A model generated the notes under the pieces. The model searched no databases, was not told where the DNA came from, and saw nothing but the letters and a program-made list of their open reading frames with translations. From Dehalococcoidia bacterium (lineage in GTDB: Bacteria; Chloroflexota; Dehalococcoidia; Bin125), in the NCBI GenBank assembly GCA_963663895.2, contig CAXXRD010000001.1, positions 64,001 to 128,000 on the forward strand: a stretch of 64,000 bases of DNA. Reading direction: 5' to 3'. The position numbers were made by a program, and so were the translations under genes. Numbering within the stretch: position 1 is the stretch's first letter; every line of letters begins with the position of its first letter. Shown here piece by piece: positions 29,965 to 40,102 of this stretch.

Positions 29965-31401
29965 TCAGGCGTTGGCTGCTTCCATCTCGCGGTCGAGCAA
30001 CGGCACCGTGACGTCCATGTCGCCCGCCGTTTTGCCATTCGACCAGGGGCTGCCCGTCCCGGCGAGCAGTTCGCGCAGCTCCGCGTCATAGAAGAACTCG
30101 GACTCGCCGAAGGCCGGCGTCAACTCGTCGAGCCAGGTGGCTTTCGGATCGTACTTGGCAAAGAAGGGCCGAGCCACCCAATCCGGATTGCGGCCTTGGA
30201 GCATGCGCAGCACGAAGACCCGCTCCCCGGCAGCCTCGGCAACCCCGAGGACCTGCACCTTGCCCGGCGTCGCGGACATACTGGGACCACGCACGGTCCG
30301 GGCAACCCCGCTGACCTGCTTGTAGGCGTCGCGGAACAGCTCCCAGCAGCGCTCGAGCGGAAGCTCGAAATAGCGCTTGGCGCCCGTATCACGCGCGACG
30401 AAGAGGTAGTAGGGGATGCAGCCAAGCTGCGCCTGGCGCCGCCACATGCGCGCCAGCACGTCGGCGTCGTCATTAATGTGACCGAGCAACGGCGTCTGCG
30501 TGCGGATCTGGACGCCGATGCTGCGGAGCCGCTGGATCGCTTCCTGCGTGACCGCCGGCTCCAACTCCACCGCGTGGTTGAAGTGCGCCATCAGCGCCAC
30601 CTGCCGGCCCGATTGCACCACGCGCTCCAAGAGCTCAAGCAGCTCGTCGGCGTCGTTGTCCGAGATGAAGCGCTGGGGCCAGTAGCTCGGCGCCTTGGAG
30701 CCGATCCGCACCGTGCGCAGATTGGGAGCGACGTCCGGCTCAATGAGCGGCTCGATGTAGGCCCGGAGGACACGGGTCTTCATGATCAGCGGATCGCCCC
30801 CGGTAAAGAGCACGTCGCTGATCTCGGGATGGGCCTCCACGTAGGCTTTGAGCTGGTCCGCCTCCCGCATGGCGAACTTCAGGCCGTCCATGCCGACGAA
30901 CTGGGGCCAGCGGAAGCAGAAGCTGCAATAAGCGTGGCAGGTCTGCCCTTGGCTGGGAAAGAAGAGCACCGTCTCGCGGTACTTGTGCTGCATCCCGGGA
31001 AGGGGCTTTCCGTTCAGCTGCGGCACGTTGTGCTCCATCTGCCCGGCGGGGTGCGGATTTAAGGTGAGACGAATCTCGTTGGCCGCAGCCGAGATCTCGT
31101 CCGTGGGCGCGTCCGCGTCGAGGAGCCGCTCGATGCGGGCGTAGTTCTCCGGAGAGATCATGTCGCGCTGAGGGAAAGTGAGCCGGTAGATGGGATCTTC
31201 CGGCACGTTGTCCCAGTTGATCAGCTGATCAACGACGAAACGATTCGATTTGAAGGGCAGGACTCGCGCCACCACTTCGATATCGCGGTGGAGATCCGAG
31301 GGCAGGGCCTGGACCTGCGGGATGGAGCGCCAGTTCTTGAGGGTGATCGCCTCGTAGCGCTCGCTTGTCTCGGCCGATGGTCGTACAGGTGCTGTCGTCA
31401 C
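29965..31401 (-). CDS. KamA-family radical SAM protein (lysine 2,3-aminomutase-like)
   Basis: HKYRETVL, CHAYCSFCFR, VLFTGGDP, HFNH, IND, PYYLF and PGK (candidate PLP lysine). Start set at GTG 31401. Confidence 0.9.
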   Translation of the reverse strand: MTTAPVRPSAETSERYEAITLKNWRSIPQVQALPSDLHRDIEVVARVLPFKSNRFVVDQLINWDNVPEDPIYRLTFPQRDMISPENYARIERLLDADAPTDEISAAANEIRLTLNPHPAGQMEHNVPQLNGKPLPGMQHKYRETVLFFPSQGQTCHAYCSFCFRWPQFVGMDGLKFAMREADQLKAYVEAHPEISDVLFTGGDPLIMKTRVLRAYIEPLIEPDVAPNLRTVRIGSKAPSYWPQRFISDNDADELLELLERVVQSGRQVALMAHFNHAVELEPAVTQEAIQRLRSIGVQIRTQTPLLGHINDDADVLARMWRRQAQLGCIPYYLFVARDTGAKRYFELPLERCWELFRDAYKQVSGVARTVRGPSMSATPGKVQVLGVAEAAGERVFVLRMLQGRNPDWVARPFFAKYDPKATWLDELTPAFGESEFFYDAELRELLAGTGSPWSNGKTAGDMDVTVPLLDREMEAANA

Positions 31402-31601
31402 GGAAGGCCCCTTTCCCGCCCACGCTTCGCTCTGAAGCAGGACAACCCAGGAGCGGAGAAACGGAGTCCGGCCCAAGATCCGGATTCGTCTGCGCTGTCA
31501 GTTGCCGGATTCGGCATCAGAGCTGTTAGCCATGGTCCACGGCTTGACTCCGAAGCGCGAGCCCCCGCCCCTGTGCGCCCAAGGAAGCACGCAGGAAATT
31601 A

Positions 31602-31610
31602 AGGCTACCA
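31602..31610 (-). promoter_or_regulatory. Extended -10 promoter (TGG-TAGCCT) for the kamA-like gene
   Basis: TGnTAnnnT motif about 200 nt upstream of the start codon. Confidence 0.45.
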
Positions 31611-31686
31611 GAAAGATGCCGTTCTCGCTCTTTTCCGGCCGTACCGGCGATGATCGCGTCCCGCTTCTGACCAGGCGCACGCTCGT

Positions 31687-32088
31687 TCAGGGCTGCGGCA
31701 GCACCGCCCGGAAGGCATCCGTATCGACGTACTCGCGCGCCCGCGCGACCTTGCCGTCGCGTACCTCGAAAACCTGCACGTAATCCGTCTCCACCGTCTT
31801 GCCGTTGGCCTTCACACGACCACGGGCCGACCCCAGGCTCACGACCGTGGATCCTCGTTCCAGGTACGTGTGCCGCGTCACGCGCTGAAACTCGATCACC
31901 GCGAGGAGGTCGGTGAGGTAGTCGACCATGCCCTGCCCTCCCTGTCGCAGCTGACCGATCGGGAACTCGCTCAAGCCGATCATGTGCCAGCTAAAGTCGG
32001 GGGTAACCGCAGCACAAATGGCATCCGCATCGGCGCGGGCGAGGGCCTTGTGCAGGCGCTTCACAGCCTCAATGTCGGCGTCGGGCAC
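31687..32088 (-). CDS. SnoaL/NTF2-like protein
   Basis: 133 aa ending VFEVRDGKVARAREYVDT. Confidence 0.85.
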   Translation of the reverse strand: MPDADIEAVKRLHKALARADADAICAAVTPDFSWHMIGLSEFPIGQLRQGGQGMVDYLTDLLAVIEFQRVTRHTYLERGSTVVSLGSARGRVKANGKTVETDYVQVFEVRDGKVARAREYVDTDAFRAVLPQP

Positions 32089-32090
32089 GG

Positions 32091-32402
32091 TTAAACCTTC
32101 TCGGCCCAGTGGACGCGCACGCTGTCGGGGTCGGCCAGCCGCATAAATCCCTCGTAGGCGGGCCTCACCTCGGGCATGTCATTGACTTTGAGCCAGGCTT
32201 CCCAGCTCTCGCATTCGATGTCCTCAATGATGGTGAAGTCGGGGGAGCCCTTACCGGCACCCTTGACCTCGAAGATCTCGTAGTTAAGGACGCCTGGCGC
32301 GGCGCTGGCGAGCGGCTGGTCGATCTCCCGCGAGAACTGATAGTACTCGTCCATCGTGGTTTCGGGCTTGAGCTTGTAGGTGATGTATACGCGGACCGAC
32401 AT
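32091..32402 (-). CDS. RedY/EthD-like dimeric alpha-beta barrel protein
   Basis: YKLKPETTMDEYYQFSREIDQP...IIEDIECESWE; ends 2 nt before the SnoaL gene. Confidence 0.65.
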   Translation of the reverse strand: MSVRVYITYKLKPETTMDEYYQFSREIDQPLASAAPGVLNYEIFEVKGAGKGSPDFTIIEDIECESWEAWLKVNDMPEVRPAYEGFMRLADPDSVRVHWAEKV

Positions 32403-32764
32403 GAACTGCGTGCCCTCCATCGTCCGGCGCACGCTCTACGGACGCGGGCGCAGCGGTCAGTCTACGGTTGCGAGGCAAAGTTGGCGAGCCGCACGGCAGC
32501 GGCGGCCGTTCGGTGGATTCCCAACAGTGCGGCCGCTGTACCCGCAGCGCGGCTCGCCGCCGCAACCGCTCCTCGTCCCGCTGGCGCGCCACCCCCCACG
32601 CGGGGCATGGCGACGCCTGGAGGACAGCGGCGGTAGCGAGGTGACCGGCCGACTACAGTAGAAGCCCCGCACAGCAAAAGGGCGCGGACGCCGCGATGGA
32701 GGCGACGCTATCCGCTGCGCGAATCGAGCTAGCACGCGGCGGTGGATCATATGATGGGTTTCCA

Positions 32765-34267
32765 ATGATGGATCAGGTCCCCCCAAGCGGCACCGCTACT
32801 GGGATCGAAACCGTGATCGGCCTTGAAGTGCACGTGCAACTCAAGACCGACAGCAAGATGTTCTGCCGCTGCCCCGGGGACTACGCCAGCGACGAGCCGA
32901 ATACGCGCGTCTGCCCCGTCTGCCTCGGCATGCCGGGAGCTTTACCCGTGATCAACCAGCGTGCGGTGGAGTGGACGGTCAAGACTGCCTTGGCTCTGAG
33001 ATTGGATATCCCGGAGGAGTCCAAATTCGACCGCAAGAACTATCCCTACCCCGACTTGATGAAGGGGTATCAGATCAGCCAGTACGATCTCCCGCTGAGC
33101 GTCAACGGCCACTTGAATATCGAGGTGGACGGCGAGCGGCGCCATATCCGCATCCTCCGGATCCATCTGGAAGAAGACACCGCACGTCTACGGCATCGAG
33201 TGGACGAGGCTGGGGAGAAGTACTCCCTGGTCGACGTCAATCGCAGCGGCCTGCCTTTGATGGAGATCGTCTCGGAGCCCGACATGCGCAGCCCCGCAGA
33301 GGCGCGCGCCTATCTCGTCGCACTGCGCCAGATCCTCCGCTATCTCGACGTGAGCACAGCCAACATGGAGGAGGGATCGTTCCGCTGTGACGCCAATATC
33401 TCCCTGCGCCCGAAGGGCAGTGCAACGCTCGGCGCCAAAGTCGAGATCAAAAACATGAACTCGTTCCGATCCGTCTACAAGGCGCTGCAGTTCGAGACAG
33501 AGCGCCAGAGCATCGCCCTGCGGAAAGGCGAGTCGATCGTTCAGGAAACGCGTGGCTGGGTCGAGGACGAGGAAGTCACCGTGTCGCAGCGCTCGAAGGA
33601 GCACGCACACGATTACCGCTATTTTCCCGAGCCCGACCTCCCGCCGCTCCGCATCGATCCCGCCTGGGTCGAGGAGGTGCGCTCCTCACTGCCGGAGCTG
33701 CCGGAGGCCAAGCGGAAGCGCTTCGCCCGCGAATACGGGTTAGGCGACTTCGATGTGGAGCAGCTGACGGAGGAGCAGATCAAGGCCGACTACTACGAGC
33801 AGGCACTGGCCGCCCTGGATCGCGGAGCGTCCCAAGAGCAGGCCAAGGCCATCGCCAATTGGATGAACGGTGAACTGGCCCGCCTCATGAATCACGCCGG
33901 CGAGAGCATGCAAGCCGTGAAGATCCGGCCAGAGCACTTGGCAGAGCTCGTTTCCTTAATCGAGGCGGGTACGATCAGCAACAAGCTGGCCAAGAGCACC
34001 ATCGAGTCCATGTACAAGACGGGCAAGCCGCCTCGTCAGATCGTTGAGGAATCGGGGCAGACCCAGATCTCCGGCGCCGACGCGCTGCGCGCCGTCGTTG
34101 CAAAGGTGCTGGCCGAACAGCCGCAGGCGGTCGCCGATTACCGAGCCGGCAAAGAGGAGTCGCTCAAGTACCTGGTCGGTCAAGTCATGCGAGCGACACG
34201 CGGCCGGGCAAACCCCCAGGAGGCAACCCGGCATCTGCAAACGGCCCTCGCGGATGCCCCAACATAA
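32765..34267 (+). CDS. gatB: Asp-tRNA(Asn)/Glu-tRNA(Gln) amidotransferase subunit B
   Basis: [36 protein letters not shown]. Confidence 0.97.
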   Translation: MMDQVPPSGTATGIETVIGLEVHVQLKTDSKMFCRCPGDYASDEPNTRVCPVCLGMPGALPVINQRAVEWTVKTALALRLDIPEESKFDRKNYPYPDLMKGYQISQYDLPLSVNGHLNIEVDGERRHIRILRIHLEEDTARLRHRVDEAGEKYSLVDVNRSGLPLMEIVSEPDMRSPAEARAYLVALRQILRYLDVSTANMEEGSFRCDANISLRPKGSATLGAKVEIKNMNSFRSVYKALQFETERQSIALRKGESIVQETRGWVEDEEVTVSQRSKEHAHDYRYFPEPDLPPLRIDPAWVEEVRSSLPELPEAKRKRFAREYGLGDFDVEQLTEEQIKADYYEQALAALDRGASQEQAKAIANWMNGELARLMNHAGESMQAVKIRPEHLAELVSLIEAGTISNKLAKSTIESMYKTGKPPRQIVEESGQTQISGADALRAVVAKVLAEQPQAVADYRAGKEESLKYLVGQVMRATRGRANPQEATRHLQTALADAPT

Positions 34268-34382
34268 TTTGGACAATAATTAGTCAATCCTCAGCCAGGA
34301 ACAAAAGCAGCAGGCGGAACGTCTCTAGAGGAAGTGAAGCTCTTTGCCGGTAGAGGAATCGACGCGTAGAGTGGCCGGACTC

Positions 34383-35732
34383 ATGGACTGGCTCCGGGAC
34401 CCTGACATGCGGAAGTGGCTTCTCCCCGGCATGGGGGTGAAGCGCTGGCTCCTTCTCTTCATTATCGGCATGGCGGTGCTGGGCCTCGGGGTCTCATACC
34501 TGGCTCGCGAGGCGTACGTGGTTTGGACCCTGCCCGACATTTTCTACGAGATCACGCTGCAGTTCTTTCCCCGCTGGGTCCGGGCTGCGATCTTCATCAC
34601 CGTCGCCGTTGGTCTGACCGGCTTTGCCGTCTGGAAGGTCAACGCCGCCATGCTCGCCGCCGTTCGGCAGCGGCACCGAGGAAACGGCGGAGACGAACGA
34701 CTCGTCAATCTGGTCTATCGCCACCGCTTCAGCACACGGGGCCCGCGGGTCGTGACGATCGGCGGCGGGACGGGGATGTCGGTCGTGCTCCGGGGTCTCA
34801 AGGACTACACCACCAACTTGACCGCGGTCGTGACGGTCGCTGACGACGGCGGATCGTCGGGGCGGCTGCGCCGCGACTTAGGAGTCATCCCACCAGGCGA
34901 CGTTCGCAACTGCATCGCGGCGCTCGCCGACGCCGAGCCGCTGATGACCCGGCTGTTCCAGTACCGCTTCCCGGAAGAGTCCGGAGAGAGCCTCACCGGG
35001 CACTCGTTCGGCAACCTCTTCATCGTGGCCCTCTCCGAGATCACCGGCAGCATGGAAGAGGCGATCCACGAGACGAGCCGGGTCCTCGCCGTTCGCGGCC
35101 AGATCCTTCCATCGACAATGGAGGACGTGCAGCTCGTGGCCCGAACGACGGAGGGCCGTACCATTAGAGGCGAGTCGCGCATCGCGCAGGCGGGCGTCGA
35201 GATTCACGATATCCAACTCGAGCCCGCCGCACCCCGCGCCTATCCCGCCGCCGCAAACGCAATTCGCAACGCCGATATGATCGTGCTGGGTCCCGGCAGC
35301 CTCTACAGCAGCATCCTGCCAAACTTGCTGGTGCCTGAACTCCGCATCGCCTTCCACGAGTCGACCGCGATGAAAGTGTACGTATGCAACGTAGCGACGC
35401 AGCCGGGGGAAACTCCCCACTACTCCGTGCAGGACCACGTCCACGCCATCGAGCAGCACGTGGGCGGTGCGATTTGCGACTTCGTGATCGCCAATAACAA
35501 CCTCGTGGATCAGCTCCCCGAACCCTGGCACTCCGAGCCCGTGCGCATGGCTGAATCGGACGGCGAAGGATCGGAAAGCGCCCGCGTGATCAGCGCCGAC
35601 GTAGTCGACATCCACAATCGCTACCGTCATGACTCCGACAAGCTGGCGAGCGTGATTCTCAATCTCTACCATGAGCAGGGGGAGGCGGCGCCCCGACGGG
35701 CCGATGTGGATAGTGTCCTCGCCGGTATCTAG
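34383..35732 (+). CDS. YvcK/gluconeogenesis factor family protein with N-terminal TM segments
   Basis: IGGGTG, VTVADDGGSSGRLR, PPGDVRNC, GPGSLYSSILPNL. Confidence 0.92.
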   Translation: MDWLRDPDMRKWLLPGMGVKRWLLLFIIGMAVLGLGVSYLAREAYVVWTLPDIFYEITLQFFPRWVRAAIFITVAVGLTGFAVWKVNAAMLAAVRQRHRGNGGDERLVNLVYRHRFSTRGPRVVTIGGGTGMSVVLRGLKDYTTNLTAVVTVADDGGSSGRLRRDLGVIPPGDVRNCIAALADAEPLMTRLFQYRFPEESGESLTGHSFGNLFIVALSEITGSMEEAIHETSRVLAVRGQILPSTMEDVQLVARTTEGRTIRGESRIAQAGVEIHDIQLEPAAPRAYPAAANAIRNADMIVLGPGSLYSSILPNLLVPELRIAFHESTAMKVYVCNVATQPGETPHYSVQDHVHAIEQHVGGAICDFVIANNNLVDQLPEPWHSEPVRMAESDGEGSESARVISADVVDIHNRYRHDSDKLASVILNLYHEQGEAAPRRADVDSVLAGI

Positions 35733-35759
35733 TGTCTGAGGCGCAGCCGCGAGACAGGC

Positions 35760-35978
35760 GTGTCCACAACTAACGTTGTCAACATCGTTCAGATCCTGAT
35801 CGCCCTTGTGATGATCGGGTTGGTCCTGCTCCAGGCCAAAGGCGCAGGCCTTGGGAATATCTTTGGGCAGCAGCAGAACTTTCGCACGCGCCGCGGGATC
35901 GAGAAGGGCCTTTTCCGAGGAACGATTGTCCTGATGATCGCATTCATCGGCGTCTCGATCGCAGCTGTTCGCGTGTAA
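35760..35978 (+). CDS. secG: Preprotein translocase subunit SecG
   Basis: LVLLQAKGAGLGNIFG...TRRGIEK with two TM helices. Confidence 0.9.
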   Translation: MSTTNVVNIVQILIALVMIGLVLLQAKGAGLGNIFGQQQNFRTRRGIEKGLFRGTIVLMIAFIGVSIAAVRV

Positions 35979-35997
35979 TCATCGCGAGCCCCTTGGC

Positions 35998-36837
35998 ATG
36001 ACGCCCAGCGGGATCGTCACACTCGTCACCGACTTCGGACTGAGCGATACCTACGTCGGTGAGATGCATGCCGTGCTGCAGGCGCGTAACCCGGGCGTAA
36101 CCGTGATCGATGTCAGCCACGGCGTCCCCTTCGGTTCCCTCGACAGCACGCTGTACCTGACGGAGCGTGCCTGGCCTGCCTTCCCGCCGGGAACAGTGCA
36201 TCTCGTCGTCGTCGACCCCGGCGTCGGCGGCGACCGACGGCTCGTGGCGATCGCAAGCGAAGGGAATTTTTATATTGGGCCGGACACGGGCGTGCTCAGC
36301 AGCGGGCTGCCGGACGCCCTGCGGCCGCGAGACGCGATGCGCACGGTCGCCCTACCCGCAGCGGTCACGGCCGTTGAAATCAGCGGCTCCACCTTCCGGC
36401 GAGAGCCCGTCTCGAACACCTTCCATGGGCGGGACTTGATGGCGCCGGTTGGGGCGGTCCTGGCCGCCGACACACCGATCGCTCAGACCGGCGCGTCCAT
36501 CGCCGAAGTGCGGATCGCGCCGCCGCTGCCCGCGACGCTCAACGGCGGACGGGGGACAGGACGCATCATGCACATCGACAGCTTCGGCAATGCGATCACG
36601 AACTTCCGCACCGCCGACGCGGCGCCGACGTTTCTGATCGAAGTCGGCGATGCGGGTGCGGCGACCTCCGTCAAGAGCTACACAAGCGGGCCTCCTGATC
36701 ACCTGGTCGCTCTCGGAGGTAGTGGCGGCTACATCGAGATCGCTTGGCCTCGGGGAAGCGCCGCCGACCGACTCGGATTGCACGCGGGGACGCCGGTCCG
36801 AATACGGCCCGTCTCGGCGCTGAAGTCGTCGCGATGA
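35998..36837 (+). CDS. SAM hydroxide adenosyltransferase (DUF62)
   Basis: TLVTDFG, VVDPGVG, GPDTG, NTFHGRD, HIDSFGNAITN. Confidence 0.9.
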   Translation: MTPSGIVTLVTDFGLSDTYVGEMHAVLQARNPGVTVIDVSHGVPFGSLDSTLYLTERAWPAFPPGTVHLVVVDPGVGGDRRLVAIASEGNFYIGPDTGVLSSGLPDALRPRDAMRTVALPAAVTAVEISGSTFRREPVSNTFHGRDLMAPVGAVLAADTPIAQTGASIAEVRIAPPLPATLNGGRGTGRIMHIDSFGNAITNFRTADAAPTFLIEVGDAGAATSVKSYTSGPPDHLVALGGSGGYIEIAWPRGSAADRLGLHAGTPVRIRPVSALKSSR

Positions 36838-37784
36838 GCTCGGGTACGCCCGACGCCATTCGCCTCGCCTTTTTCGGATCGCCGGAGTTCGCGGTCCCCA
36901 CTCTCCGCGCGCTGATCGGGAGCCCCTGGCGACCGGTGGTCGTCGTCACGCAGCCGGATCGTCCGGCGGGCCGGTCGCGGAAGCTCACCGCCCCGCCGGT
37001 CAAAATCGCTGCCGAGGAAGCGGGCGTACCCGTCATCCAGCCAGAACGGCTGCGCGAGCCCGAAAGCGTAGCGGCGCTCGCCGCATACAAGCCGAACCTT
37101 CAGGTGATCGCAGCCTATGGCCAGATCATCCGCCGCGCTGTCTTGGATCTGCCAGCGCACGGCACACTCAACGTACACGCCTCCCTGCTCCCGCGTTGGA
37201 GGGGTGCCGCACCGGTGGCAGCCGCGATCCGAGCGGGCGACTCGGAAACGGGCGTGACGATCATGCTGGTCGACGAGGGAGTGGACACGGGCGCCATGCT
37301 CAGCGAGCGCCCCGTGCCGATCCGCGACACCGATACCACCGGGTCACTTAACGCGCGGCTGGCCCAGATCGGCGCGGAGCTGCTGCTGGAGACGATCCCG
37401 CGCTGGATCGCTGGAGAGATCGTGGCAGAACCCCAAGACGAGTCGCGAGCAACGAAGGCGCCACGCTTGCAGAAGGAAGAGGGACGGATCGATTGGAGTG
37501 AGTCGGCCGCTCAGATCGCCCGCACAGTGCGCGCTTTCACGCCATGGCCCGGCGCGACGACGAAGCTGGGCGACACGTTGCTGCGGGTGTTGCAGGCGGA
37601 GGCAGGGCCAGCGGTGCCGGGCGGCAAGCCGGGGACCGTATTGAAGGCGGAAGACTGGATTGGCGTGCAGACGGGCGCTGGGATCCTGATTCTGCACGAA
37701 CTACAGCGCGAGGGAAAACGCCCGCTGACCGCTAAGGCGTTCGCGCAGGGGGAGCGGCGATTCTTGGGAGGTCAGTTGGAGTGA
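36834..37784 (+). CDS. fmt: Methionyl-tRNA formyltransferase
   Basis: FFGSPEFA, VTQPDRPAGR, NVHASLLPRWRGAAP. Confidence 0.96.
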   Translation: MSSGTPDAIRLAFFGSPEFAVPTLRALIGSPWRPVVVVTQPDRPAGRSRKLTAPPVKIAAEEAGVPVIQPERLREPESVAALAAYKPNLQVIAAYGQIIRRAVLDLPAHGTLNVHASLLPRWRGAAPVAAAIRAGDSETGVTIMLVDEGVDTGAMLSERPVPIRDTDTTGSLNARLAQIGAELLLETIPRWIAGEIVAEPQDESRATKAPRLQKEEGRIDWSESAAQIARTVRAFTPWPGATTKLGDTLLRVLQAEAGPAVPGGKPGTVLKAEDWIGVQTGAGILILHELQREGKRPLTAKAFAQGERRFLGGQLE

Positions 37785-37785
37785 G

Positions 37786-38481
37786 CTAGTCTCGCTCGTC
37801 TTCGCCGCCGGGCGGCGTCGCGGGCTCCGCTCCAACTCTGCTTGCGTCCTCTGCAGCTTCTCCGCCCTCAGCCAATCCCACATCCCCGTCTTCCTCGGAA
37901 GGAGCCTCTTCTTCCTCTTGCACCCTAGGAGCCTGCGCTGCGACGATTACGGTGCCGGCATCAGTGAGGATACGAACGCCGCCGGGAACGGAGAGTTCGC
38001 CCACGTGGATCGCATCGCCGAACGACGTGAGGGAGGAGATATCGACCTCAAACCGATCCGGAATCTCGCCGGGCAGCGCCTCGACTTCGACCGTTGTCTG
38101 GGGATGGACCAACACGCCTCCCAGATGAACGGCTTCCGAGTCGCCGATCAACGTGACCTCGACCTGCGCGTGAACGCGGCGAGTCAAGTCGACTTGGTAG
38201 AACTCGACATGCTGGACTTCGTCGGTCACGGGATTGCGCTGGACTTCTCGTAACAGCACGGGACGCGTGCCGTCCTCGCCCTGAACCTGTACTTCCACGA
38301 CCGCGTTGCGGCCACGCTCCCGGAAGGCTGCACGCAGCTCCGCCAGCGGCGCTTGGACGGCCACCGAGGGCAATCTTCGCCCGCAAATGTTGGCGGGAAC
38401 GATGCCCTGCCGGCGAAGCCGGGCAACTTTCTTGCCAATGACCTGGCGAGTTTGCAGAAAAAGAACGCCATTCGCAGTCAT
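37786..38481 (-). CDS. rplY: 50S ribosomal protein L25/Ctc
   Basis: LRRQGIVPA, EVQRNPV, HVEFYQV and an acidic tail. Confidence 0.92.
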   Translation of the reverse strand: MTANGVLFLQTRQVIGKKVARLRRQGIVPANICGRRLPSVAVQAPLAELRAAFRERGRNAVVEVQVQGEDGTRPVLLREVQRNPVTDEVQHVEFYQVDLTRRVHAQVEVTLIGDSEAVHLGGVLVHPQTTVEVEALPGEIPDRFEVDISSLTSFGDAIHVGELSVPGGVRILTDAGTVIVAAQAPRVQEEEEAPSEEDGDVGLAEGGEAAEDASRVGAEPATPPGGEDERD

Positions 38482-38602
38482 AGCGCTTCCGACGCTAGCC
38501 CCGCAGCCGGACAGAAGCAACCAAGCAGAGTTCGGTTGGCAGCACGACCCCTTTATTATCGAGGGCAGATCTCGGAGAACGGGCCCATAGGAGAGACAGG
38601 CA

Positions 38603-39451
38603 GTGCGGCGATCGACGCAAAGCACACTGGCTGCGCTGGCAAGCAAGGAGGAGTGCCTCCGTGAGACGATCCGAGGCTACGGCGCTGCGATCGTAGCTTT
38701 CAGCGGGGGCGTCGACAGCACGCTCGTAGCCGCCGTCGCCGCTGCAGTACTGGGCAGGCGTGCCATCGCCGTCACGGGACGCTCGCCGTCTCTGCCCGCC
38801 AGCGAATACGCGGAAGCCGTAGCGCTGGCAGCGAAGATCGGCGTCGCGCACCGCGTCATCGATACGCAGGAGCTGACCCGTGAGGGGTATGTAGCGAACG
38901 CCGGTGATCGCTGCTACCACTGCAAGAGTGAACTGTACGCGGCGCTCCGTTCCCTGGCAATCGAACGCGATGCCGTGGTGGTGAACGGCACCAACGTCGA
39001 CGACCTCGGCGACTACCGTCCGGGGCTGCAGGCAGCGCGCGAGTACGGCGTCGAGAGCCCGTTGCTGAAAGCGCGATTGGGAAAGGCGGAGGTCCGAGCC
39101 CTGAGTCGTAAACTCAATCTGCCGACCTGGAACAAGCCGGCGATGGCCTGCTTGGCAAGTCGCATCCCGCCCGGCACGGCTGTCACCATCGAACTGCTGG
39201 AGCAGGTCGAGGCCGCCGAGGCGTTCCTCCGAACCCTAGGACTGCGAGAGGTGCGCGTGCGACACCACGGGGAGATCGCCCGCATCGAAACCGACGCCGC
39301 CGGGATCGACCTGGCGATCATGCGGCGCAAGCTGATCGAGACACGGCTCCGCGGGCTCGGTTACCGCTTCGTCGTGCTCGATCTGGGAGGCTTTCGCTCG
39401 GGATCGCTGAATCCGCCGACGATGGCGACGGAACGCTGCTCCGCTAGCTGA
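38603..39451 (+). CDS. larE: ATP-dependent sacrificial sulfur transferase LarE-like
   Basis: AFSGGVDS PP-loop, RCYHCK, DDLGDYRPG, ACLASRIP, GFRSGSLN. Confidence 0.9.
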   Translation: MRRSTQSTLAALASKEECLRETIRGYGAAIVAFSGGVDSTLVAAVAAAVLGRRAIAVTGRSPSLPASEYAEAVALAAKIGVAHRVIDTQELTREGYVANAGDRCYHCKSELYAALRSLAIERDAVVVNGTNVDDLGDYRPGLQAAREYGVESPLLKARLGKAEVRALSRKLNLPTWNKPAMACLASRIPPGTAVTIELLEQVEAAEAFLRTLGLREVRVRHHGEIARIETDAAGIDLAIMRRKLIETRLRGLGYRFVVLDLGGFRSGSLNPPTMATERCSAS

Positions 39452-39461
39452 AGGGGATGTC

Positions 39462-40100
39462 GTGATGCTGCTGGATGAGGCGATCGGAACCCTGCGCTCA
39501 ATGCGCCGGCTCAAGCCCGACGCGGTTGCGGAAGCCGACCTGCGAGCCATCGTGGAGGCGGCCACGCAGGCGCCGAGCGGCGGCAACATCCAGAATTGGG
39601 CGTTCATCGTCATCACAGACGCAGAGCAACGGCGGAAAATGGGCGAGATCTACCGCGAGGTCGGCACCGACTACCTTGCCCAGTTTTTCGGCGGCGCACC
39701 GGATCCGATCTCGATGGAGCCTCAGATGCGCAAGCTGTATGAGAGCAGCCGGCATCTCGTCGAGCACTTCGGCGAGGCGCCAGCCCTGGTCGCCGCTTGC
39801 ATGCGCGGTAAATTTCCCAGCAAGCCCGAGTCGGCCGCAGCCTTCTACGGTTCGATCTACCCGGCCGTCCAGAACATGCTGCTGACCGCGCGGGCGCGCG
39901 GCCTTGGCACGACGCTGACCACGTTGCACGCCCATCGCCAGGAGGCCGTGCAAGCGATCCTCGGTCTGCCCGAGAACGTGCATGTGATCAGCGTGATCCC
40001 CATCGGCTATCCCGAGGGCAAGTGGAGCGCTCCCCGGCGACGCCCGGCGGTGGATGTCATGCACTGGGACCGCTGGGGGACCCGGCGCATCGAGAGCTAA
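39462..40100 (+). CDS. Nitroreductase family protein
   Basis: RSMRR, APSGGNIQNW, SIYPAVQNMLL, IPIGYP. Confidence 0.9.
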   Translation: MMLLDEAIGTLRSMRRLKPDAVAEADLRAIVEAATQAPSGGNIQNWAFIVITDAEQRRKMGEIYREVGTDYLAQFFGGAPDPISMEPQMRKLYESSRHLVEHFGEAPALVAACMRGKFPSKPESAAAFYGSIYPAVQNMLLTARARGLGTTLTTLHAHRQEAVQAILGLPENVHVISVIPIGYPEGKWSAPRRRPAVDVMHWDRWGTRRIES

Positions 40101-40102
40101 GA

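Noticed and set aside
35998-36837. Possible fluorinase/chlorinase
   Set aside because: The TFHGRD motif is that of the SAM hydroxide adenosyltransferase (DUF62) branch rather than the halogenases.
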